From IMG/VR virus record IMGVR_UViG_3300023076_000005, positions 1-41,122 of that record: a stretch of 41,122 nucleotides of DNA. One strand, given 5' to 3'. Both the position numbers and the translations under genes were made by a program. Shown in pieces: positions 1 to 6,546 of this stretch (positions are counted from its first letter, which is position 1; each line of letters begins with the position of its first letter). A model generated the notes under the pieces. That model made no database searches and was not told where the DNA came from. It was given only the letters and a program-made list of their open reading frames with translations. This DNA comes from a virus (Duplodnaviria; Caudoviricetes).

Positions 1-69
1 TTAAGGCAGCAGTCTTGAAAACTGCCGACTGTAACAGGTCCTAGAGTTCGAATCTCTATGCTTCCGCCA
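1..69 (+). tRNA. tRNA-Ser(TGA), 3' part (5' end outside window); integration target
   Basis: Anticodon stem-loop GCAGT-CTTGAAA-ACTGC, long variable arm, T-arm TAGAG-TTCGAAT-CTCTA, ends GCCA at 69. Confidence 0.93.
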
Positions 70-127
70 TCTTAGATACGACAAAGCCCTGATTTTTCAG
101 GGCTTTGTCGTTTTTGGGGTTTGGTGG
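14..127 (+). repeat. attL direct repeat (114 bp)
   Basis: CTTGAAAACTGCC...GGGGTTTGGTGG is identical to 40343-40456 and begins in the anticodon loop. Confidence 0.96.
78..115 (+). terminator. Rho-independent terminator of tRNA-Ser
   Basis: 15-bp stem ACGACAAAGCCCTGA/TCAGGGCTTTGTCGT followed by a T run. Confidence 0.9.
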
Positions 128-150
128 TTGATCACCGCTTAAAGGCTAAA

Positions 151-181
151 CGTTCCGATACTTTCTGCCGCGTTCCGAAAC
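151..181 (+). promoter_or_regulatory. Integrase arm-type sites (left arm)
   Basis: CGTTCCGATAC (151-161) and CGTTCCGAAAC (171-181); the same motif recurs near attR at 40226-40236. Confidence 0.65.
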
Positions 182-198
182 CTGGCACGAAAAACCGA

Positions 199-1269
199 TT
201 ATTTGGTGGGGGCAACAACCTCACCAACTCGTCTGTAAACAGTCTGCGTAATTCGCTTGTCGGTGTGTCCAAGCAGCTTGCTGGCGCTGCCAAGGTCCGC
301 GATTTCACTCGCCGCTTTAGGACGAATGTCTCGAAACTGAAACGCTTTGATTCCAGCGCTCAGCTCTTGATCCAAATTTCTGAGTGCCTCCGCAGCCGCA
401 ACCTTCCTCGCGTCGTCGAACCTCAAACGCAACATCGCCCTTGTGACGTTCCTACCGTCTTCCGTCACGATCAGGTAGGGGTTACGAACAGCCCGTGCCT
501 TACGCTGCTCCAGCAATCGCAAAACCAGAACACCCAAGCCGTTTTTGTCAGCTTCGATGTTTAGCAACTGGATCCGCAGCTTTTTGGAGGTCTTGCCTTG
601 CGCAACGTGCAGATGGTCGCCGATCACATCGCTGGCTCGCATAGAAAGCACATCCGCTGGGCGCTGACCGGTGAGATAGGCAAGGTCCATCGCGTCCCGT
701 AGCTCAGAAGTGGCTTGCGCGTATACAGCGGCCCATATTTCATCAGTCGCGTAAAAATCCCGTGGCTTTTCTTTGTTCTTGCGAACTCCAGTCACCGGGT
801 TGTCCACCGTTATGAGTCCCCATTCTCTGGCGACGTTGTAGATGTGGGACAGCAGCGATATTTCTCTATTGGCCCGTACCTTCGCGGTTCGCGCATCGCG
901 GTACTGAGCGATTATGTGGGGAGTGATCGCGTCCGAAGGGGCAGAGCCGAACGCTGCACGCAGTTGTTTGAGCGCCAATCGGTTTTCCCTTTGAGTACTG
1001 CTTTTTTTGGTGGGGATGACATCTCGGTCATATCTATCGAAAACCTGGTCCAGCGTTTTCACTGTCCGAGGGACAGTCTTTTGGTCGAGCCTAGCCCATT
1101 CGATTTTAGCGACGTCGAAGTCGGTACCGAGTGGTATCTCTACTGACTTCCCATCTTCATTCTTGCCCCAGTAAAAATAGAAAACGTACACGCTGCCATT
1201 TTTTCTTTTTCGGGTGCGCCTGATCATTCGCGGAGGAAGGTCGCGGTTTTCTGGTTTTCTCGGTCGCAT
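199..1269 (-). CDS. int: Tyrosine recombinase / phage integrase
   Basis: 356 aa; TGQRPAD (Arg), FRDIRPK, LLGH and TVYRR (catalytic Tyr) motifs; adjacent to attL. Confidence 0.96.
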   Translation of the reverse strand: MRPRKPENRDLPPRMIRRTRKRKNGSVYVFYFYWGKNEDGKSVEIPLGTDFDVAKIEWARLDQKTVPRTVKTLDQVFDRYDRDVIPTKKSSTQRENRLALKQLRAAFGSAPSDAITPHIIAQYRDARTAKVRANREISLLSHIYNVAREWGLITVDNPVTGVRKNKEKPRDFYATDEIWAAVYAQATSELRDAMDLAYLTGQRPADVLSMRASDVIGDHLHVAQGKTSKKLRIQLLNIEADKNGLGVLVLRLLEQRKARAVRNPYLIVTEDGRNVTRAMLRLRFDDARKVAAAEALRNLDQELSAGIKAFQFRDIRPKAASEIADLGSASKLLGHTDKRITQTVYRRVGEVVAPTK

Positions 1270-1272
1270 GGG

Positions 1273-1521
1273 CTAGCCGACCCTAGACAGATCGAATGTC
1301 CAAGTTTCCGCTACGGCTGTGGTGGAGGTTGGTTTCACTCCAGACAGTTTCAGCCTCGCATAAACACGGCCAACCACCGGGCGACGAGCGCCAGTTAGCG
1401 CGTGCTGCCAACCGTTAGTTGTCAGCCAGCTAATCTGCTTCGAGGGCGTCTGATAGCCCGTGATAGCTGCTATCTCATCTTCGGCCAAGATCTCTGATGG
1501 AGTCATGTTTGGATGGTTCAT
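1273..1521 (-). CDS. Excisionase-like protein (DUF4224 type)
   Basis: 82 aa from ATG 1521; LAEDEIAAITGYQTPSKQISWL...RPVVGR pattern; directly upstream of int. Confidence 0.75.
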   Translation of the reverse strand: MNHPNMTPSEILAEDEIAAITGYQTPSKQISWLTTNGWQHALTGARRPVVGRVYARLKLSGVKPTSTTAVAETWTFDLSRVG

Positions 1522-1901
1522 GCTGCCTCCGACTGCATATGTTGGCTCGCGGCAGCGTCCCCACAGGTCATGAGACTTTCTATCGAGCGTCCGGCCTGTC
1601 GGTGCTCGCCTACTTGCGCAGTTGCTGCACAGATTTGTTGCGTATGTGATCCAACCCTTTTGCGGGTGACAGTCAGGCGCCAACGTTGACCCTGACGCAT
1701 TTGCTGTACGGCAACGGGGTCTGCCCAGCCCACAAGTGGCGCTGTTGGTCGGCTTATATCCTGATGGGTGCGCAGACTCTCCAGCTCAGCCAAAGCGTCT
1801 TTGAGATCGAGCGTCGAGACGGTCAGTGACTTGTCGTTCTTTTGGATCGCTCTGTGTAGGCAGGCGCGAAGGTAATCGGAGGAATAGTTCTGTGGCTTCA
1901 T
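1518..1901 (-). CDS. Hypothetical early protein
   Basis: 127 aa; ATGA overlaps with both neighbours. Confidence 0.7.
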   Translation of the reverse strand: MKPQNYSSDYLRACLHRAIQKNDKSLTVSTLDLKDALAELESLRTHQDISRPTAPLVGWADPVAVQQMRQGQRWRLTVTRKRVGSHTQQICAATAQVGEHRQAGRSIESLMTCGDAAASQHMQSEAA

Positions 1902-2410
1902 GCTGCTTTACCTGGCTGGGCCGAATGGTCTGAGCTCGTTACCGCGACGCCGCTCTTGCGGATTTCGCCGAGAATGCGCTGCGCGATGCCATTTAGTAGT
2001 TCGAGCTGGGCCGCTGCCCTGGCGCGCCACGGTTCGGTGCCTTTTATAGGCAGCCAAGTTTTATGGGCCATGCCCAGCGTCTCGGCGGTATCAATGAGTA
2101 CTTGGAGATCGGCTTTAGTCAGGGTCCCTGCCGATGAATTATCCATCTGCTTTTGCAGGCTTTGGATAATGTGATTCTTCAGCTCGATGGTTTCCAGAAA
2201 GCTCTTGCGCTCGTTGGTTCTCCGGAGGGCAAGCGATGCCAGGTCTTCGTTCAATGCGTTCATGCGGGCGCTGCTGTCAGCGATCCCAGCGGACTTTCCT
2301 GCGGAGTAAGCGTTGCCCAGGCTGCGTTTCATTGCCTTGTTGATGAAGAGCGCGAGCAGGGTAAAGCCGGTGATTACGCCTACTAGGATTACGTAGTGTT
2401 CTGTTTGCAT
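1898..2410 (-). CDS. Hypothetical protein with N-terminal TM helix and coiled coil
   Basis: 170 aa; hydrophobic YVILVGVITGFTLLALFI; GAGG RBS. Confidence 0.75.
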   Translation of the reverse strand: MQTEHYVILVGVITGFTLLALFINKAMKRSLGNAYSAGKSAGIADSSARMNALNEDLASLALRRTNERKSFLETIELKNHIIQSLQKQMDNSSAGTLTKADLQVLIDTAETLGMAHKTWLPIKGTEPWRARAAAQLELLNGIAQRILGEIRKSGVAVTSSDHSAQPGKAA

Positions 2411-2429
2411 GTGCGGTTTCCTCGGTTAG

Positions 2430-2474
2430 CCCGTCGCCGGATCGGTGGTGAGAGGACGGCAACGGGTTTTTTTT
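2430..2474 (-). promoter_or_regulatory. Hairpin carrying the CCTCTCACCAC loop motif (copy 1)
   Basis: 10-bp stem with motif at 2445-2455; the T run on the + strand could also make it a rightward terminator. Confidence 0.55.
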
Positions 2475-2503
2475 GTCCGCTGGGAGGCAGCGGGCACCTG
2501 TAA

Positions 2504-2746
2504 TTAAGCAGCCTTGGAATTGGCCTGGGCGTCCAGATAGGTAGCAAGATCGTGCAGATACACTACCGGCTGGCCTTTGCTGGAGCCGCCGAGGCGGGTG
2601 ACCTTGAGTTCTATGCCGCCCGCGTTGATTCGGCGAAGCAGGTAGCGATCAGTCGAAATATGCGAGAAGTAGCGTTCGCGAACCGCGCTCAGCGTTGGGC
2701 ATGGAGTGGCGAACTCTTCACGCAAATGGTCCAGGGTGTTACTCAC
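2504..2746 (-). CDS. Pyocin activator PrtN-family protein
   Basis: 80 aa; TL..L..EF.TP..TL..VRERYF and KGQPVVYLHDLATYLD resemble PrtN-family proteins. Confidence 0.75.
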   Translation of the reverse strand: MSNTLDHLREEFATPCPTLSAVRERYFSHISTDRYLLRRINAGGIELKVTRLGGSSKGQPVVYLHDLATYLDAQANSKAA

Positions 2747-3117
2747 GCTGAAACCTCCCCAAACCCCTCCTGTTGGGGCACCAACTGGAGACGGATCAAT
2801 TCCGCCAGCCCTTGTGCCGATTTCCCTCGGGCGGTCGCGCAGAGTCGGCCCTGTTGGTCGGCAATGACCGCGCCGTATGGGTGTTCAGGGCAACGAGTCG
2901 GCGTGATATACGCGACTTGCCCTTCGAGCACGACGGCATCGACCAGGCGGAACACTTCGGCCAGTTCGGCAGTCACGGCGGGTAGGCCTTCGAGCATGCT
3001 CAGGGCTTCGGATGTCGCGCCGATCAACGTTGCTCGACTAATGATGGTTGGGCTGTTCACGAAGATCGGTACCAGCTTCATGGCGCCCACGGCGTGAGTG
3101 ATGGCGTTCAGAGTCAT
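2743..3117 (-). CDS. Hypothetical phage protein
   Basis: 124 aa; overlaps both neighbours in the leftward operon. Confidence 0.7.
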   Translation of the reverse strand: MTLNAITHAVGAMKLVPIFVNSPTIISRATLIGATSEALSMLEGLPAVTAELAEVFRLVDAVVLEGQVAYITPTRCPEHPYGAVIADQQGRLCATARGKSAQGLAELIRLQLVPQQEGFGEVSA

Positions 3118-3389
3118 GCTGCGTCGTCCTTTTTAGTGATGGCGATGTTCATTTTTTTTGCGATCCATTCCACGCCGTCTTCCTTCACCATTACGACGGC
3201 GTAATGCACTGGCTTTCCAATGGTGGGATTCCAGCGAATGCGTGGGTCCGAGAATATGAGGCCCTGCTCACGGTATGCGCTCGCGAGATCACCAGAAGAA
3301 TTCAGTACGCCAAGCTCCCGCAACCTGGTGCGGAAGGCGCGAGGCTTGAGCCCAAGCAATGCGGCTGTTTGGTCCAGGGTGCGGTTCAT
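3114..3389 (-). CDS. Antirepressor KilAC-like DNA-binding protein
   Basis: TLDQTAALLGLKPRAFRTRLRELGVL...VMVKEDGVEWI pattern; start taken at MNRT. Confidence 0.6.
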   Translation of the reverse strand: MNRTLDQTAALLGLKPRAFRTRLRELGVLNSSGDLASAYREQGLIFSDPRIRWNPTIGKPVHYAVVMVKEDGVEWIAKKMNIAITKKDDAA

Positions 3390-3399
3390 GACGAATACC

Positions 3400-3972
3400 T
3401 CAGGCAACGGCCAGCAGATCGCGGGAACGAAGCGCGTGATGCACCTTGTCCAGTGCTTTCAGGAATTCGCGAAGGTCCCCATCATTGTTCAGTGTCAGGT
3501 CGTCCGGGTGGCGGGATACCCCGTCCTCGCTGGTGTGCGGGTTGACCGCGACCGCGTCCGCGCGTGAAAGGTGAATGATCGTCCCGCCTCGCTTGCGGAT
3601 GAAGTCGGCTTCGTTTTCAAAGCGGACATCACTGATGACGAAGCCCGGAACGGTGTCGAAAACAGCGCTCAGGCAGTCCAGATTCTGTTCAGCGAGATTG
3701 ATCCAGAGGTCAGCGCTGATCATGTGACGGCCCCATTCGGTGCCGAGCAGTTGCATAAGCTGTCGCGGCGAGCGTCCTAGCCAGCCAATCGGCTGTTCTT
3801 TCTTATCGCCTTCGAGGTCTTCGGGGCTGAGGTTGAAAATCGCCATAATGCCGTCGCGCAATGGGTCGGCGAATGCATAGCACTCGAACCCATGTTCGTT
3901 CGCTAGGTGGGCGGCGGCGGAGGTTTTGCCGGAGCGGGCAGGGCCGGTGATGCCGATCAATAGCTGCTTCAT
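3400..3972 (-). CDS. Deoxynucleotide monophosphate kinase
   Basis: P-loop IGITGPARSGKTS, FADPL, SPRQLMQLLGTEWGR and SDVRFENE. Confidence 0.9.
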   Translation of the reverse strand: MKQLLIGITGPARSGKTSAAAHLANEHGFECYAFADPLRDGIMAIFNLSPEDLEGDKKEQPIGWLGRSPRQLMQLLGTEWGRHMISADLWINLAEQNLDCLSAVFDTVPGFVISDVRFENEADFIRKRGGTIIHLSRADAVAVNPHTSEDGVSRHPDDLTLNNDGDLREFLKALDKVHHALRSRDLLAVA

Positions 3973-4166
3973 GCGGCATTACCTCCCCATGGCCCGATAT
4001 CATCCGTCGCGACTGCCGGGCGCACGGCTTTCAGCGAAGTGCTTTTAGGCTGCACGATCACGAGAAGGCCGGTTTGGCGTTGGATAGCTGCGATAGCTTC
4101 GCGGCTTGAAGCCGCTGCCGGGTGCAGGTACACCGGGCAGCGGTTGGTGTGCTGTGTTGTTTGCAT
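3969..4166 (-). CDS. Hypothetical protein, first gene of the leftward early operon
   Basis: 65 aa starting MQTTQHTNRCPVYLHPAAAS; overlaps the kinase start. Confidence 0.65.
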   Translation of the reverse strand: MQTTQHTNRCPVYLHPAAASSREAIAAIQRQTGLLVIVQPKSTSLKAVRPAVATDDIGPWGGNAA

Positions 4167-4168
4167 GG

Positions 4169-4197
4169 CTCGTAACCTGTGGTGAGAGGGGTACGAG
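4169..4197 (-). promoter_or_regulatory. Hairpin carrying the CCTCTCACCAC loop motif (copy 2)
   Basis: CTCGTA/TACGAG stem with motif at 4179-4189, just before ATG 4166. Confidence 0.55.
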
Positions 4198-4203
4198 CTA
4201 AAA

Positions 4204-4242
4204 TTAGCAAAAGCTAAATTATATTGCAATAGCAGATGCTAA
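4204..4242. promoter_or_regulatory. OL-like repressor operators
   Basis: TTAGCAAAAGCTAA (4204-4217) and ATAGCAGATGCTAA (4229-4242); same TAGC-N4-GCTA palindrome as in the cI-cro intergenic region. Confidence 0.75.
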
Positions 4243-4278
4243 ATTAGTTTTATCTGGCATCTGATTGTTGTGATTGGA

Positions 4279-4530
4279 TTAGTCGTTTTCTGGTACGTCC
4301 CAGTAAACCCGAGTCGCCCCGTCGTCCTCGAAAGCGACGTAAACACCATCTGTTTCGGTGATCGCCTCAATGATCTGGTCCCAGTCCTGCTGGGATTCAT
4401 CGGACGCCTTGTAAATGATTGCCTCGTGGGCTTTTTGGGCTGCGGGAGCATTGATTATCCGTTGAAGGCGAGCTCCTAGGATTTCAATTGAGGTAGCTGG
4501 TTCGGGTGTCTTAGGGTAGGGCTTAGCCAT
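4279..4530 (-). CDS. DUF1654-family protein, LexA-controlled
   Basis: 83 aa; SIEILGARLQRIINAPAAQK...DESQQDWDQII...VYW; GGAGG RBS. Confidence 0.75.
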   Translation of the reverse strand: MAKPYPKTPEPATSIEILGARLQRIINAPAAQKAHEAIIYKASDESQQDWDQIIEAITETDGVYVAFEDDGATRVYWDVPEND

Positions 4531-4547
4531 TTGGTCCTCCTTGGTTT

Positions 4548-4563
4548 CTGTATATTCATACAG
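4548..4563. promoter_or_regulatory. LexA (SOS) box
   Basis: CTGTATATTCATACAG matches CTGT-N8-ACAG; 17 bp upstream of the DUF1654 start. Confidence 0.85.
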
Positions 4564-4628
4564 TAATCCGAGAGGATTCCTACGGCAATAGGTGGGAGTA
4601 CATTTGTACTCTTTTTCTGCGTGGGCAC

Positions 4629-4650
4629 AAAAAAACCCGCATGGCGGGCT
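4629..4650 (-). terminator. Terminator of cI
   Basis: On the - strand, CCCGC-CAT-GCGGG followed by T7. Confidence 0.75.
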
Positions 4651-4669
4651 TCAATTATGGCTTGTACCA

Positions 4670-5389
4670 CTACAGCTTTCTTGCATTCCATACGAGCAAA
4701 ACGCGGGCTTGGATGTGGACCTTTTCCAGATCCGATCCTTCGATCACGATTGCTGGGTAAACCGGGTTGTCGGAAATCATGCGTAACGAGCCACCAGTTA
4801 AGCGCTGTAGTCGCTTGATGAATAGGGCGCCGTCCAGAGTGAACACGTATATAGCGTCGGTCCGTATCTCCGTAATGCCGCGATCCACAAGGAGCGAGTC
4901 GCCATCGCGAAACGTCCCGTTCATGCTATCGCCTTCACCCGCAATGATTGCCAAATTCTCTATGCCGGAAAACGCAAGTCCTTGGGTTCTAAGCCAGTCT
5001 AAATGGACTGTAATCTCGCGAATGACCTCAAGCTGGTGGCCTGGTGGCTCACTGCCGGAGCCCATCGAAGCCGCTACATTGAGGTGAGGAATGGTAATAA
5101 ATCCAAGGGATTCCATTACCTTCTTGGTGCCTAATGGCGCCACTGTGCTGGGCCCCGTATAGCCATCCACATCCGGGTCGATCTCTGTGCTCGGCGCCAC
5201 CAGCGTGCCAGGCACAAGTTCGATCTTCGCCTCTAAAGTGGCTGCGGCCCTCTCGCCGAGCTTCCGATGCCCTGTTAGTAGCTGCGACAAATAGGAGGCA
5301 TCCAGCCCGTGCTGGTTGGCGAAGTCCTTCTGGGTGAGCCCTGCCATTGCCTGGCGTAAAGCCCTGATGCGTTGTTCGTAGATATCCAT
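4670..5389 (-). CDS. cI: CI-like repressor (HTH + S24 peptidase)
   Basis: N-terminal HTH (LTQKDFA...SYLSQLL), GDSM catalytic Ser, IKRL Lys; divergent from a cro-like gene. Confidence 0.93.
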   Translation of the reverse strand: MDIYEQRIRALRQAMAGLTQKDFANQHGLDASYLSQLLTGHRKLGERAAATLEAKIELVPGTLVAPSTEIDPDVDGYTGPSTVAPLGTKKVMESLGFITIPHLNVAASMGSGSEPPGHQLEVIREITVHLDWLRTQGLAFSGIENLAIIAGEGDSMNGTFRDGDSLLVDRGITEIRTDAIYVFTLDGALFIKRLQRLTGGSLRMISDNPVYPAIVIEGSDLEKVHIQARVLLVWNARKL

Positions 5390-5409
5390 TTCTCAATGAT
5401 CGCTTCACG

Positions 5410-5464
5410 TTAGCAAACAGTAAATTACGGTTTGCTATTGCTGTGCCGATTAGCAATTGCTAAT
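5410..5464. promoter_or_regulatory. OR operators / PR-PRM switch
   Basis: Perfect palindrome ATTAGCAATTGCTAAT (5449-5464) plus two degenerate copies (5410-5423, 5425-5438). Confidence 0.75.
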
Positions 5465-5489
5465 CTGCACGTCCAGAACGGAGGTGCAC

Positions 5490-5717
5490 ATGACTCTGCA
5501 CGAATTTTTGAAAGGTCTTAACAAGGCGGATCTAGAGGCGTTTGCAGGCAAATGCGCTACCTCTGCCGGACAACTTCGGCAGGTTGCTTATTGCAATCGC
5601 CGGGCAAGCGCGGCTCTCGCAGTCAACATTGAGCGTGAGTCCCAAGGAGCTGTGGTCTGCGAAGTAATGCGCCCTGACATTGATTGGGCGTACCTGCGCG
5701 GTTCTGAAGCTGCTTAA
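5490..5717 (+). CDS. cro: Cro/YdaS-like HTH regulator
   Basis: 75 aa; GGAGG RBS; C-terminal MRPDIDWAYLR typical of the family. Confidence 0.85.
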   Translation: MTLHEFLKGLNKADLEAFAGKCATSAGQLRQVAYCNRRASAALAVNIERESQGAVVCEVMRPDIDWAYLRGSEAA

Positions 5718-5722
5718 AAGGT

Positions 5723-5765
5723 GCCGGAGCTGGGGCCTCTCACCACAAGATTCCCCCAGACCGGC
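5723..5765 (+). promoter_or_regulatory. Hairpin carrying the CCTCTCACCAC loop motif (copy 3)
   Basis: GCCGG..CTGGGG / CCCCAG.CCGGC stem with motif at 5736-5746, directly after cro. Confidence 0.55.
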
Positions 5766-5858
5766 GACGACGATACACAGCACATGCACATCGGTCGTGG
5801 TCGTAGGATAGGGCGTGTCCCTGCCTATGGCTACACCGTAAACGGGGTATTTACGGTT

Positions 5859-6347
5859 ATGAGTCGCACGGATCTTTTGCCTGACGCTGGTCAGGTCCTT
5901 TCACTGCGTCAGGCGCTTTATCGTGCCGGGCGTGACTACCGAGGCGGTGTTACCGCGCTCGCTCACGACATGGTGTTGGATAACGACACTCTGCAGAAGA
6001 AGCTCAAATTGGATGAAGAGCGCCGGTGGTTAAATCCCGATGAGCTGGAGGAGGTCATTCGGCTGACTGCTAGTCCGCTGCTGCTGGACGCCCTCGTGCG
6101 TCCGGCAGGTGCCGTCTGGTACAAGCCTGAAGCGGTCGCTGCCACCAAAGACGCGCTCAAGGCCGTTGGTGAACTACTCGCTGAAACGGGCGAGTTCGTC
6201 ACCAGTATGCACAGCGGCGCAGCCGACGAGGTTTGGGAGCTGCATGAGGTTGCGCTGCTGGATAAGCACGGCGTCGATGTTATCCGAGCGGTGCTTGGCA
6301 TCATGGCCGGTGCTCGGCAGGCCATGGAGGATCGCGCCAATGGCTGA
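5859..6347 (+). CDS. Phage regulatory CII-family protein
   Basis: 162 aa; ALYRAGRDYRGGVTALA..M...TLQKKL; position after cro. Confidence 0.75.
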   Translation: MSRTDLLPDAGQVLSLRQALYRAGRDYRGGVTALAHDMVLDNDTLQKKLKLDEERRWLNPDELEEVIRLTASPLLLDALVRPAGAVWYKPEAVAATKDALKAVGELLAETGEFVTSMHSGAADEVWELHEVALLDKHGVDVIRAVLGIMAGARQAMEDRANG

Positions 6348-6546
6348 TGTCGTCGATATGGCTAACGACCACGCTGACTATCTTTTGCAGGTTGCTCTCG
6401 ATCGCCGTCCGCGTGCTGCTGTTTGTGAGGTTAGCGCACTCAACTGTGACGATTGCGACGGGCTAATTCCTGAGCCTCGCCGTCTTGCCATTCTGGGCTG
6501 CGCGACCTGCATGGAATGTCAGGCGCTGCGGGAGCGGCGTAAATGA
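6340..6546 (+). CDS. TraR/DksA C4 zinc-finger protein
   Basis: MADVVDMAN...CDDC...IPEPRR...CATCMECQ. Confidence 0.88.
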   Translation: MADVVDMANDHADYLLQVALDRRPRAAVCEVSALNCDDCDGLIPEPRRLAILGCATCMECQALRERRK

